This document shows, one piece after another, positions 17,507 through 28,100 of a stretch of 38,229 nt of DNA. Positions within the stretch are counted from its first letter, which is position 1; every line of letters starts with the position of its first letter. A program made the translations under genes and the position numbers. Origin of the DNA: Desulfobacterales bacterium (GTDB taxonomy: Bacteria; Desulfobacterota; Desulfobacteria; Desulfobacterales; Desulfobacteraceae); assembly GCA_019038815.1 (NCBI GenBank), contig JAHOYS010000164.1, positions 1 through 38,229 of the forward strand, given 5' to 3'. The notes under the pieces are model-generated. The model saw only the letters and a program-made list of their open reading frames with translations, searched no databases and had not been told where the DNA came from.

Positions 17507-18354
17507 TGGAAGTAATCGAATCAGCATATCTGGATGAAAAGATAGAGACAGTCAGAGGTATTGATTTTTTACAATACAGGTCGCAGGATCTTCCCACCTG
17601 GTGTCCCGGCTGCGGTTATTTTGGAATTGTAGATGCCTTTTACAAGGCCTGCAGGGAACTTAATCTGAAACAGGAAAACATTGTAACCGTCAGTGGTATC
17701 GGCTGCTCCGGGCGAACTCCGATTTTTATCAACTCCTATGGGTTTCATACCCTTCATGGACGATCCATCCCAGTGGCATCAGGGCTGAAACTTGCAAGAG
17801 AAGACCTGACCGTGTTTGCCGTTGCAGGGGATGGGGATGCCCTGGGTATCGGTGGCGGACATCTGCCCCATGTGGCAAGAAAAAATATCAATATTACTTT
17901 TCTTTTATTTGATAATTCCATTTACGGGTTGACCAAAGGCCAGTCTTCTTCAACAACGCCCTATGAAATGAGGACCAACTCCCACCCGGTGGGAAATCCG
18001 GACACCCCGTTAAATCCTGTTAAACTTGCACTGGCCTATGGCGCATCATTCGTGGCAAGAGGGTATGCAGGTGATCCCCGGGGGTTAAAACAAATCATCA
18101 AAGAAGCAACACTGCATCAAGGGTTCAGTTTTGTCCAGATTTTGACTCCATGTGTAACATTTGATAAGGAAAACAAGACCTGGAAGAACCTTAAAGAGAA
18201 GGTCCATGATTTAAATTTGCGTAATGAAGAAAAAAATATGGAAACTGCCATGCGGATGGCTGAAAATGAGCCCTATGGTGTCGGAACCTTTTTTCAGGAC
18301 AAGGAAAGACCACATTACCAGGAAATCCTGCGGAACCTGAATAAGGCAGATTAA
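17506..18354 (+). CDS. 2-oxoacid:ferredoxin oxidoreductase, beta (TPP-binding) subunit
   Basis: WCPGCG, SGIGCS, HTLHGR, GDGD...N..YGLTKGQ, PCVTF; overlaps the alpha stop codon (TAATG). Confidence 0.93.
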   Translation: MEVIESAYLDEKIETVRGIDFLQYRSQDLPTWCPGCGYFGIVDAFYKACRELNLKQENIVTVSGIGCSGRTPIFINSYGFHTLHGRSIPVASGLKLAREDLTVFAVAGDGDALGIGGGHLPHVARKNINITFLLFDNSIYGLTKGQSSSTTPYEMRTNSHPVGNPDTPLNPVKLALAYGASFVARGYAGDPRGLKQIIKEATLHQGFSFVQILTPCVTFDKENKTWKNLKEKVHDLNLRNEEKNMETAMRMAENEPYGVGTFFQDKERPHYQEILRNLNKAD

Positions 18355-18361
18355 GCCCGGC

Positions 18362-20281
18362 ATGAAAGACAGGAGAGTCAATTTGAGGACAATAAAATCA
18401 AAGCCTGGAAAATTTATTATCAAAGCAATTATCGGAATATCTTTGCTGGGGCTTCTGCCGTCAGCCTTTGCCGCTTCTAAAACTACCGGGTCACAGGATT
18501 TTTTGTGGAGCCAGATTTTTATTGGAATTGCAGGCGGGCTTGCATTTTTCCTGTATGGTATGGACAAAATGAGCACCGGCATGAAAACTACCGCCGGTAA
18601 TAAGATGCGTTCCATCCTTGCCTCTTTGACTAAAAATCGTGTGATTGCATTGATCGTAGGTATTTTTGTCACCACGGTGATTCAATCCAGCAGCGCAACA
18701 ACCGTCATGCTTGTCAGCTTTGTACAGGCCGGTCTTCTCAATCTTACCCAGTCCATGGGCGTTATCCTGGGTGCAGATATCGGCACCACCATCACAGCTC
18801 AAATGATTGCATTTAAACTCACAGATTATGCTCTTCTTATAGTTGCCATGGGTTTTCTTTTAAAAATGTTCGGCAAAACTGAAAAAATAAAATCTGTCGG
18901 GGATATTATCCTGGGGTTTGGTATCCTGTTTTTCGGTATGAAACTGATGAGTGATGCAATGACGCCTCTGAGAACTTATCCTGTTTTCATCGACCTGATG
19001 AAGGATTTGGAAAATCCTTTTATGGGTATTCTTATCGGTGCAGCCTTTACGGCAATCGTTCAGAGCAGCAGCGCCACAACCGGTGTTCTCATTGTTCTGG
19101 CACAGCAGGGACTTATAACTCTTGAAGCAGGCATCCCGGTTATTTTTGGTGCAAATATAGGTACATGCGTCACAGCGAGCCTTGCTGGAATCGGGGCTTC
19201 AAGAGAAGCAAAACGGGTGGCCATTGCCCATGTCATATTCAAGCTTTCAGGAGTATGTCTCTTTGTTTTCTGGATTCCTCAGTTTGCAGATATTATCAGG
19301 GCCCTGGCAGAAAAATTCGGTTCGGGAACCGCAAGGCAACTGGCAAATGCCCATACCATATTCAATGTAAGCCTGGGGCTGTTTTTTCTGCCTTTCATTA
19401 ATATTTTTTCAAAAATAATTTATAAGATTTATCCTAAGAAAAAGAAGCCTAAAAATCGTGAGTTCATCACACTATATATTAAAGAATCCATGCTGGATAC
19501 TCCGTCCCTTGCCATTGATCTGGCCCGTACGGAAATATCCCGCATGGCCTTGCTTTTGGGCAGAATGCTCAATGCAATCATCATCCCCTTTATGTCTGAT
19601 GAGGAGCATCTGTCTAAACAGGCAGGCAAGGATGATGATGCAAAGTTCCTGATACGGGAAATTCCTAAAAGAGATGCGATTTTTCCGGACCTGACACTCC
19701 TTGAAGGCCTTCATCTGCGTGAAGCAAAAATAGATTTTCTAGAAAGAAAAATAAGCATTTACCTTACAAATATCGCTCAGGGTAATATTACCGAGGGACA
19801 GGCCAGCGAGGTTTTTGGAATGGTCTCTATTGTCAAAGACATGGAAAGTATGGGGGATATTATTCACAGGAACATGATTCCCCTGATTGCCAGGAAAAAA
19901 AGGCTTTGTTATGATTTCTCCGATGAAGGAAAAGAAGAACTGCTCATTTATCACAGTAAGGTTTCAAAACAGATCAGTCGTTTAAAACAGGCATTTAAAG
20001 AAACAGATCCGGAGATTGCCCATCGAATCATGAAAAAAGAAAGGAAATATCTTGACCTGGAATCAAGGTACAGAGCAAGACATCTCAAACGGATTGTCCT
20101 TAAAAAGGAGGATTCTGTTGAAACAACTGAAATTCATATGGAGTTGATGGATCTGATGAAGCAGATCGTATTATATTCTGCCAATATTGCCAAGACCTAT
20201 ATCGATACCACTCCCCAGACAGGAGGGGAGCATGCACATATTGATGAGATTGAAGAAGAATCCGATAGTACCGATACCTGA
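18362..20281 (+). CDS. Na+/Pi cotransporter family protein with C-terminal PhoU-like domain
   Basis: Two QSSSATT repeats, GADIGTT and GANIGTC, ANAHTIFN; helical C-terminus with D.ESMGD. Confidence 0.9.
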   Translation: MKDRRVNLRTIKSKPGKFIIKAIIGISLLGLLPSAFAASKTTGSQDFLWSQIFIGIAGGLAFFLYGMDKMSTGMKTTAGNKMRSILASLTKNRVIALIVGIFVTTVIQSSSATTVMLVSFVQAGLLNLTQSMGVILGADIGTTITAQMIAFKLTDYALLIVAMGFLLKMFGKTEKIKSVGDIILGFGILFFGMKLMSDAMTPLRTYPVFIDLMKDLENPFMGILIGAAFTAIVQSSSATTGVLIVLAQQGLITLEAGIPVIFGANIGTCVTASLAGIGASREAKRVAIAHVIFKLSGVCLFVFWIPQFADIIRALAEKFGSGTARQLANAHTIFNVSLGLFFLPFINIFSKIIYKIYPKKKKPKNREFITLYIKESMLDTPSLAIDLARTEISRMALLLGRMLNAIIIPFMSDEEHLSKQAGKDDDAKFLIREIPKRDAIFPDLTLLEGLHLREAKIDFLERKISIYLTNIAQGNITEGQASEVFGMVSIVKDMESMGDIIHRNMIPLIARKKRLCYDFSDEGKEELLIYHSKVSKQISRLKQAFKETDPEIAHRIMKKERKYLDLESRYRARHLKRIVLKKEDSVETTEIHMELMDLMKQIVLYSANIAKTYIDTTPQTGGEHAHIDEIEEESDSTDT

Positions 20282-20300
20282 TGATTGCAGATGCAGGGTT

Positions 20301-21164
20301 TCACAGATTTTTGTAGAATTCTTTTTCAAGAGCTTTTATTTTTATTCTTCTCTCGGGTGATAAAAAAACCCGGTAAAGGGGATCATCCATGCAGATATCT
20401 TTATGAAGAATATCCCGTCCAAGGATAGACAGAACTTCAACCGATACATCACAGGAAGGATACCCCTTGTCATCGATAAGGATCGTATCGCTAAAGTTGA
20501 TTTTGACAATATTGTTGATGTCAACCAGTTTTAGGCTTCCATCAGGGGTTAATATCAGATTGCCGACACCCGCAAGGTCAGGAATATATCCTGTATCAGT
20601 GATCATATGCCGGGTCCTTTTAACGAATTTTGCTATATTTTTCTGAATTTTCCGAACTAATCGCTGAATTTGAGAATCTTCGTGCATATTGAATTTGAAC
20701 AAATCCCGCAAGTAGTCTTCACCGAATAATCTCCAGGGGTCGAGCATTTCGCCTTCAATATATTCCTGAAGACCACACAGGACAATCTGGGTTGTTCCTG
20801 TTCCTGTATAGTCAACAATGAATTCATCAGATTCTGCAATGAACTTAGGTCCTAAAAATTTTAACAGTATATGATATTTTTTTATTTCGCGAAAAATTTC
20901 TTCTTTGCTTTTAAATTTGTTCCGTAATATCCGGAACATTTTTTTTGGCCTGGCTCTTGGAAACATTCGTATGCCATCCATGTCCCATCCTTGAGTTTCC
21001 TTTAGAACATCTTCGGCCGTAAGAATTTCAAAAATATGAGACCTTAATCCGGACCGGTAATATTTTCGGAAGATATAGCGGTCTGAATCAGTTATAAAGT
21101 TCAGTTTCTGCACTGCATTTCCAGATAAGCAGGTCTGATCTCTTATGTCATTCGCCGCAGACAT
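20301..21164 (-). CDS. hypothetical protein, possible protein-kinase-like fold
   Basis: 287-aa ORF with LQEYIEG (hinge-like) and PDLAGVGNLILTPDGSLKLVDIN (catalytic loop and Mg-binding Asp-like); start uncertain. Confidence 0.65.
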   Translation of the reverse strand: MSAANDIRDQTCLSGNAVQKLNFITDSDRYIFRKYYRSGLRSHIFEILTAEDVLKETQGWDMDGIRMFPRARPKKMFRILRNKFKSKEEIFREIKKYHILLKFLGPKFIAESDEFIVDYTGTGTTQIVLCGLQEYIEGEMLDPWRLFGEDYLRDLFKFNMHEDSQIQRLVRKIQKNIAKFVKRTRHMITDTGYIPDLAGVGNLILTPDGSLKLVDINNIVKINFSDTILIDDKGYPSCDVSVEVLSILGRDILHKDICMDDPLYRVFLSPERRIKIKALEKEFYKNL

Positions 21165-21247
21165 ACTGAATTTTTACAAGTTATCCTGTAAATTTACAAG
21201 CTTTAACAACAATGAGATGAGCAAATGCAAATAGAGTTTTTGAGGGT

Positions 21248-21276
21248 TTGACATTCGTGCGGCACTATTTTATTGT
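21248..21276 (+). promoter_or_regulatory. sigma-70-type promoter of the four-gene signalling operon
   Basis: TTGACA (21248-21253), 17 nt, TATTGT (21271-21276); a second TATAAT lies at 21288-21293. Confidence 0.5.
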
Positions 21277-21316
21277 TTGTCCAAGGGTATAATAATTAAA
21301 TGATATCGGGGAAAAA

Positions 21317-22516
21317 GTGAGCCGGGTACGAGAGGGATTCATATGTTTAATTTGTGGTTTTTTTTTATTGTTTGGTGGCGGGGCGTGTACACCCCCACAG
21401 CAGTCAGACAATACCCCGGAAAACAGGACTGGGATAAAACCGGATGAGATCCTGATCGGATCATCTCTTGCATTGGGCGGCCATGCCGGATATCTGGGAA
21501 CCCAGATGCTTCAGGGGGCCATGTCCTATATCTGTTATATCAATGAAAAGGGCGGGATTCATAACCGGAAGATCAAGCTTATCGCTCTGGATGATCGGTA
21601 CAATCCCACCCAGTGCCTCTATAATACCCAGAAACTGATTTTGGAGAGTCAGGTGTTTGCCCTGTTTTGCTATGTCGGCACACCCACCACTGTAAGCATT
21701 ATTCCTCTGGTCAATGAAGCCAGGATTCCGCTGGTTGGCATGTTTACAGGGGCAAATCGGTTGCGGCATCCAGTGAACCGGTATTTGATCAATATCCGGG
21801 CATCTTATTATCAGGAAATTCAGGCTGCGGTTGATCTCATCGTCAAAAGAAAGAAGTTTGACAGGGTGGCAGTTTTTTATCAATATGATGAGTATGGATT
21901 TGACGGACTGAGAGGGACCGAGATTGCTTTGAAAAAATACGGTATGATACCAGTGGCAAAGGGGTCTTATGTCAGGGGAACTCTGGATGTAGAAGCAGGG
22001 CTTGAAAAAATTATTCAATCCGATGCCCAGGCAGTGGTCATGATCGGCACCTATGATTCCTGTGCAAAATTCATCAATCTTGCCAGGGAACGTAATTTTT
22101 CTCCTTTATTTCACAATGTATCCTTTGTCGGCTCAAAGGAACTTGCCAGGAGGCTTGGAGCAAATGGTGAAGGGGTAATAGTCACTCAGGTTGTGCCGCC
22201 GCCCAATTCCAATCATATGGCCAAGCCCCTGCCCGGGGTAAAAGAATATATCACATTGTTAAAAAAGTATTATCCTGACAGCAAACCCAGCTTTGTCGGT
22301 CTTGAAGGGTATCTGAATGCCAGAATTCTGGTTGAGGGACTTACACGTGCCGGTAAGGATATTACCCGGAAAAAATTTATCAGTGCCATTGAATCCATTG
22401 ATCACTATGATTTAGGAATAAAAAATTCGTTATCCTTTGGAAAAGATGACTATCAGGGACTGGATAATGTCTATTACACTATGATCAAACAGGGAAAGCT
22501 GGTGTTGATCAAATGA
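21317..22516 (+). CDS. periplasmic binding protein, LivJ/branched-chain amino acid-type fold, probable lipoprotein
   Basis: Signal peptide ending GGAC; INEKGGIHNRKIKLIALDD.YNP, VGTPT, YQYDEYG.DG, SFVG, TQVVP, EGYLNA; GTG start. Confidence 0.9.
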   Translation: MSRVREGFICLICGFFLLFGGGACTPPQQSDNTPENRTGIKPDEILIGSSLALGGHAGYLGTQMLQGAMSYICYINEKGGIHNRKIKLIALDDRYNPTQCLYNTQKLILESQVFALFCYVGTPTTVSIIPLVNEARIPLVGMFTGANRLRHPVNRYLINIRASYYQEIQAAVDLIVKRKKFDRVAVFYQYDEYGFDGLRGTEIALKKYGMIPVAKGSYVRGTLDVEAGLEKIIQSDAQAVVMIGTYDSCAKFINLARERNFSPLFHNVSFVGSKELARRLGANGEGVIVTQVVPPPNSNHMAKPLPGVKEYITLLKKYYPDSKPSFVGLEGYLNARILVEGLTRAGKDITRKKFISAIESIDHYDLGIKNSLSFGKDDYQGLDNVYYTMIKQGKLVLIK

Positions 22517-24375
22517 TTTTTTTTAATGAATTATCTCTGAAAAACAAGATTTTTATTTCCAGCCTGGGATTTATCCTGATACTCAGTATTCTAATTGCCC
22601 TTTTTACCCGGTCTCTTTTGATTACAGGGTTGACCGGCGAATTGAAAAAACGGGGCGTTGGTATTGCCCAGGGTATTGCCGATAGTTCAAGAGTATATAT
22701 TCTGACAAAAAATCTGGCTGAATTGACAGTCCTTGCCTATGACGCGAGGCTCGGAAACCGGAAGGATATGGTAAAATATCTGATCATCAGTGATGACCAG
22801 GGAAATATCCTTGCCCATACCTTTACCACGGGATTCCCTTTAAATATCAAGTCAGTCGTAAAAAACCAGGATTATAAAAAGGAAAGTATTACCAGTATCG
22901 ATGTGGACCGGCATTCTGTCTTTCATGTGGTGGTGCCGGTGAAAGAAGGTATTTATACCATCGGGTCTGTTCAGATCGGTCTTGACAAGCGGCATATTGA
23001 AAGTCTCATTTCCGATTTAAGGCTTGTGTTCTTAAGTTTTTTGTCCTTGATGAGTATTGTTTTCTTTTTTTTGAGTCACAGGCTGGCCCTTCATATTACC
23101 AAGCCTGTAGGTTCCCTGATCCGGTACACAGACCAAATTACAAAAGGAGATTTTAATATTATTTCAAAGGAGGATCTTGACAGGAAGGCTTTTGATATCG
23201 GTGCAAAAGACAATGAGATTACCCAACTGACGAACTCATTTATCAAGATGACATCCCAGTTGAAACAGTCCACAGACAAGCTTAAGGAATCCCAGAGAAA
23301 ATACAGGTCTCTGTTCAGAAGTGGGCCCAACCCCATTTTTGTTGTGAATAAAAAAACCTTTGAAATCCTGGATGTCAATCCCAATGCCACGGAGCTGTTC
23401 GGGTATGAAAGGGAAGAATTGCTTGGAATGAGTCTTTTTTCCCTTGGCAGTCTGGATAATGAAAAATTTGCCCTAAAATATCCCGAGAGTGAAACACTGG
23501 TTATCAGTTCTAAGGTCAAGTTTTTTAAAAAAAATGGAGGGGTTGTGTTTGTTAATATCCATGCAACCCCGTCAGAGTACTGGAACGAGGATGTAATTAT
23601 TGTAGGGGCAACCGATATAACGGAGCTGGTTGAAAAGGATTCCCAGTTGATTCAGGCCAGTAAAATGACCAATCTGGAAAAAATGTCGGCCGGTATTGCC
23701 CATGAGATCAACCAGCCTTTGAATGCGATAAAAATGGGCAGTGAGTATCTTTGCATGATGAAAGAAAGAAAACAGAAAATTAAAGAAGATGACTTTAAGA
23801 TGGTGTTAGAGGAAATCAGCACCCAGGTATCAAGGGCGGCTGAAATTGTGGGACGCTTGAAAACCTTTTCCAGAAAAGCTGATTTTTCAAGGGAAGTGAT
23901 CAATATTAATGATTGCATCCGTTCGGTGAATAAAATTATCGGCAGGCAGATCATCTTGCAGAATATAGATCTCATATTGGATCTGGATGAGTCTATCCCC
24001 TCTGTCATGGCCCATAACAACAGGATAGAACAGGTGCTTTTTAATCTGTTCACCAATGCCAGGGATGCGGTAAATGAAAGGATAGAAATAAGTAAAGATA
24101 TTGAAAAGGGAAAGATCGCCATCTCAACTTTTTTAGATAGTGAAAATGTCGGTATTTCTATATCCGATAACGGAGCCGGCATTGAACCGAATCAGATGGA
24201 CAGTATCTTTGAGTCCTTTTATACTACAAAGGAAATGGGCGAGGGGCTGGGCCTTGGTCTTTCCATTACCCAGGGGATTATCAGGGATTACAGCGGCACC
24301 ATAACTGTGGACAGCCAGCCAGGAATCGGAACCAGTTTCAGGATCATATTCCCGGCTCATTCAAAAGAAAATTGA
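22513..24375 (+). CDS. membrane sensor histidine kinase (2 TM, HAMP, PAS, HisKA, HATPase)
   Basis: H-box AGIAHEINQPL, N-box QVLFNLFTNARDA, DNGAGI, FYTTK, GLGLGLS; PAS-like VNPNATELFGYEREELLG; ATGA overlap with the binding-protein gene. Confidence 0.95.
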   Translation: MIFFNELSLKNKIFISSLGFILILSILIALFTRSLLITGLTGELKKRGVGIAQGIADSSRVYILTKNLAELTVLAYDARLGNRKDMVKYLIISDDQGNILAHTFTTGFPLNIKSVVKNQDYKKESITSIDVDRHSVFHVVVPVKEGIYTIGSVQIGLDKRHIESLISDLRLVFLSFLSLMSIVFFFLSHRLALHITKPVGSLIRYTDQITKGDFNIISKEDLDRKAFDIGAKDNEITQLTNSFIKMTSQLKQSTDKLKESQRKYRSLFRSGPNPIFVVNKKTFEILDVNPNATELFGYEREELLGMSLFSLGSLDNEKFALKYPESETLVISSKVKFFKKNGGVVFVNIHATPSEYWNEDVIIVGATDITELVEKDSQLIQASKMTNLEKMSAGIAHEINQPLNAIKMGSEYLCMMKERKQKIKEDDFKMVLEEISTQVSRAAEIVGRLKTFSRKADFSREVININDCIRSVNKIIGRQIILQNIDLILDLDESIPSVMAHNNRIEQVLFNLFTNARDAVNERIEISKDIEKGKIAISTFLDSENVGISISDNGAGIEPNQMDSIFESFYTTKEMGEGLGLGLSITQGIIRDYSGTITVDSQPGIGTSFRIIFPAHSKEN

Positions 24376-24400
24376 TAAATATGGATCAAAGGAAAAGAAA

Positions 24401-25120
24401 ATGAAAATTTTAGTTATAGACGATGAAAAACCGACCCTTTCCATGTTCAAGCTTTTCCTGACGGCCTATGGATATGATGTATATACTGCAGAAGATGGGG
24501 AAAAAGGATTGGCCCTGTTCAATGAAATCTCTCCTGAGATCGTATTTACCGATATAAAGATGCCGGGTATAGACGGTCTTGAAGTGCTACGCCGGATCAG
24601 AAAAACCGGGATAACTGCGGAAGTTATTATTATCACTGGTCATGGAGATATGGAAAAAGCAGTGGAAGCCCTTGATCTGAATGCCTCCGACTTTATTAAT
24701 AAACCGGTTGAAAGACAGGCGTTAAATTCCGCTCTTGCCCGGGCTGAAAAAAGAAAACAAATGCCTCAAAATATGCCTTTTGAATTTACAGAAATAACAG
24801 CAGAAAACATGCTTGCCGTTTCTGTAAAAGGAAAACTTACCGCATCGGCAAAAGAATCATTTCTCTCACCGTTTAAAACCGAATCACTTAGCAATGTCAA
24901 AGAAATCCGTCTGATATTTGATGACAGTTTTTCCATTGATCGTTCAGGCATCTCTCTTTTGATGGAGGTTATACAGGATTTAATAAAACGCGAAGGTGTT
25001 TTTATTGTTATGGAAAACCTGTCCTATAATTATGTGAGAGTATTCCGGATGGTCGGGATTGACAAGATAGCAACGCTTAAAGAGGCATTGTCGGAAGAAT
25101 GGATCGGTAGATTGCCATGA
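24401..25120 (+). CDS. response regulator with C-terminal STAS-like domain
   Basis: REC motifs VIDDE, TDIKMPG, ITGHG, FINKP; C-terminus VKGKLT...SIDRSGISLL...VRVFRMVGID resembles STAS/anti-anti-sigma; no HTH. Confidence 0.85.
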   Translation: MKILVIDDEKPTLSMFKLFLTAYGYDVYTAEDGEKGLALFNEISPEIVFTDIKMPGIDGLEVLRRIRKTGITAEVIIITGHGDMEKAVEALDLNASDFINKPVERQALNSALARAEKRKQMPQNMPFEFTEITAENMLAVSVKGKLTASAKESFLSPFKTESLSNVKEIRLIFDDSFSIDRSGISLLMEVIQDLIKREGVFIVMENLSYNYVRVFRMVGIDKIATLKEALSEEWIGRLP

Positions 25121-28100
25121 TCACTCGATATACCCCACCTTATGTTCAAGATGTTGTTAAACGGAAGCGCCTGTTCCTGGCTTTGGATGAAAACTTTCAC
25201 CGGCAAAACTTTCTGATCACCGGCCAGGCTGCCCAGGGAAAATCAACCCTTGTGGCCTCTTATCTTCAACAATCAAACGACCCTGTTTTGTGGTTTCATC
25301 TTTCAGAAAATGAGGCAGATTGTATCAAATTGTCGGATAAGCTTGTCAGGGGCACACATGAATTGTTTGAAGAAACCGGGGAAGGGGTAGATATCTTTAT
25401 TCCTGGCAGTACCCTTGGAATGGAAAAGGGTCTGTTGAGACATATTGAAGGGTTGTCTATTATTTTTCAAGAGTTTTCATTTCCATTAATTATTGTGCTG
25501 GATGATTTTGAATCAATTGATGAGACGTCATCAGGCTTTCAGTTGATCAAAGGTATCCTTAACGGTAGATTTGACAAGTTAAAATTTTTTGTTTTGTCCA
25601 GAAACATGCCTTCATTCAATATTCCTCGACTGAAAATGGAGCACAATATTTTTGTGCTCAATAATGATGATCTCGCATTTACCCTTGATGAAACCAGATT
25701 ATTTTTTTCCGGGCAAATTAAAACCAAAACTATTGACATAGAGAGGATTCACAGGCTCACGGATGGTTGGGCAGGCGGGCTTACCCTGGTGTCAGAATCC
25801 ATAAGGCAGTTCAAGGAGTTGCAAAATCTTCCACACCATCTGTCATCGGAAGCTTTCAGCTTTTTTTCAAATGAAATTTACAAAAATCTTCCTGATCATA
25901 TCCGGGAATTTTTAATAAAAACGTCTATTCTGGATATCATTGATCTTGAGATGGTCAGCCATATTTTTAAATCGTCTGATGCCCTGAAAATTTTAACCGA
26001 ACTTGAAAAAAGGAACCTGTTCATCCAGCGAATCGATTCAGACAGCAGATGTCTGAAATTTAAATACCATAACCTGTTCAAGGAATTCCTTTTGCAGGAT
26101 TTTTTAAAAACAAAGGGAATTAAAGCCTATAAAGTAATTAATCAGAAAGTCGGACAATTTTTCTGGGAAAGAAAAGATCATGAGCAGGCAATGAATTATT
26201 TCAGCCGGGCAGATGCTTTTTCAGATATGGTTCGTATTATCAAAATCAAAGGCACTGACTATATTGTCAAAGGAAAAATGTCAGGACTTGAAAAATGGAT
26301 GAATTGCCTTCCGGCTAAAATGATTCAGAATGATCCCTGGCTGATATTTTTTTCCACCATGACCCGACGTATTAAAGGTGGGAAAAAAAATATCAGAGAT
26401 TTTCAAAAAGCCTTTATGGTTTTTCAAAAAATTCATGATATTCGAGGTGTATTGTTGTCTGTTGCATATCTCATTGAAGCGGCAGTGTTTATCCGTCAGC
26501 CTTCCGGAATGATTCTGGAATGGATTAAAAAAGGTGAAGAACAACTTCGTTATGTCCGTCAAAAAAACAGATATCCCTGGGCAAGAACATTGTTGTGGCA
26601 GAAGATAGGCTTAGGCTACATTGCAGGGGACGGGGATATCCCCAAAGGTGTATCTGCCTGTCGGAATGCCATTCTTTTGGGCCGGCAGATCAATAACCCT
26701 GCTCTGGTAGTCAATGCATCCATTACACTGACATTTGGATATGTCCAGGCTGGAGATTTTGTCAATGCAAGGCAAATGCTGTCAAAAATAAAAGAGATCA
26801 CCAAACAAGGACAGCATCCGGAATACAGAGCCCTTCAAAGCATTGTCGATATAGATTTTGCTCTGAAAAATGGCAGGTTTGATGCAGCAAGAGAATTATT
26901 AACCCGGTCTGAGGCAGATATAGAGAAATTCGGGCTAATTTTTTTATATCCGGTATTTGTTGAAGCTAAAGCCCTGCACATGGTCTATACAAAACAGTTT
27001 GACGAGGCACGTCAGATGGCGGATCATTTGAATGATTTTTCAATATTGGAAGGAAATGATTTTTATAAAGGGATTTCACATCGGATTAAGGCTGTAAGTT
27101 TTTTGCAGGAAGAAAAGTTTAAAGACGCTGAACAGGAGATTAAAAAGGCATTAAAACAACTTGATCAGGCAAGAAAAGGGGATATCCATCACTTTTTGGC
27201 ACAACAACTGGCAGGCATGATCTATTTTTGCGGCAAAAATTTTTTAAAGGCTAAAAATATGCTGATCCCGGCCCTTGAGTATTTTGAGCGCATTTCATCT
27301 GATCTTTGTTATTCTGAAACCTGTTTTGCATTAGGGATAATATCCTGGGAGTGCAATGAACCCCAAGTGGCTTTCAACTATTTAACCCGTGGACTTGAGA
27401 AAGCCTTTCAGAAAGGGTATGTGTTTTTCTCTCTGATTAGTGAAAGGATGTTGATCAAGGCGATTCTTTTAATGGCGGCATCTGATAGAATTAAACCCTT
27501 TGAGCCTTATGCAGTTTCCTTGATTTTGCGTTGCGATCGAGCAGAAATTTTTGAACAGATGGATTGGTTGGCGGCTTCGGGAAAACAGGGACAAAAGAAC
27601 AGAATTATAGAAAAGTTTAAACCCCTGTATAAAGGACTTTTGCCAGGGGTCAGGATAGAAACCCTTGGGCAGTTTAATGTTTTTATCGATAATAAGGTGG
27701 TGAACAATAAGGCATTTGAGGGCGCAAGGCCCATGATGCTGCTCAAAGCAATTGTACTTCACGGATCAAGGGAGATTCCAAAAGAAATTTTAATTAATGA
27801 TTTATGGCCCAAAGCAACGGCAAAAGCCGGAGAAAAAAATTTCAAAATTAACCTTCATCGACTTCGCAAGGCAATAGAACCCGATTCTAAAAAGGAATTT
27901 GGATACGCTTATATTATTCAAAAAGCCGGGTTAATATCCCTTGATCCGGAGCTTGTCACACTTGACGTGGATGAGTTTATTGCCTTTGGTGCAAGAGCCA
28001 TGGAAAATGAAAAAAACAACAAGTTTGAAACTGCGCTTGAATTTTATACCAAGGCAGTGAAAATTTATAAGGGAGATTATTTTACAGAAGAACCTTATCT

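Noticed and set aside
21173-21200. TTTACAAG repeats and TGTAAATTTACA palindrome between the kinase-like gene and the signalling operon
   Set aside because: Partly similar to the GGTTACAA repeat but with a 20-bp period in AT-rich DNA; too weak to call
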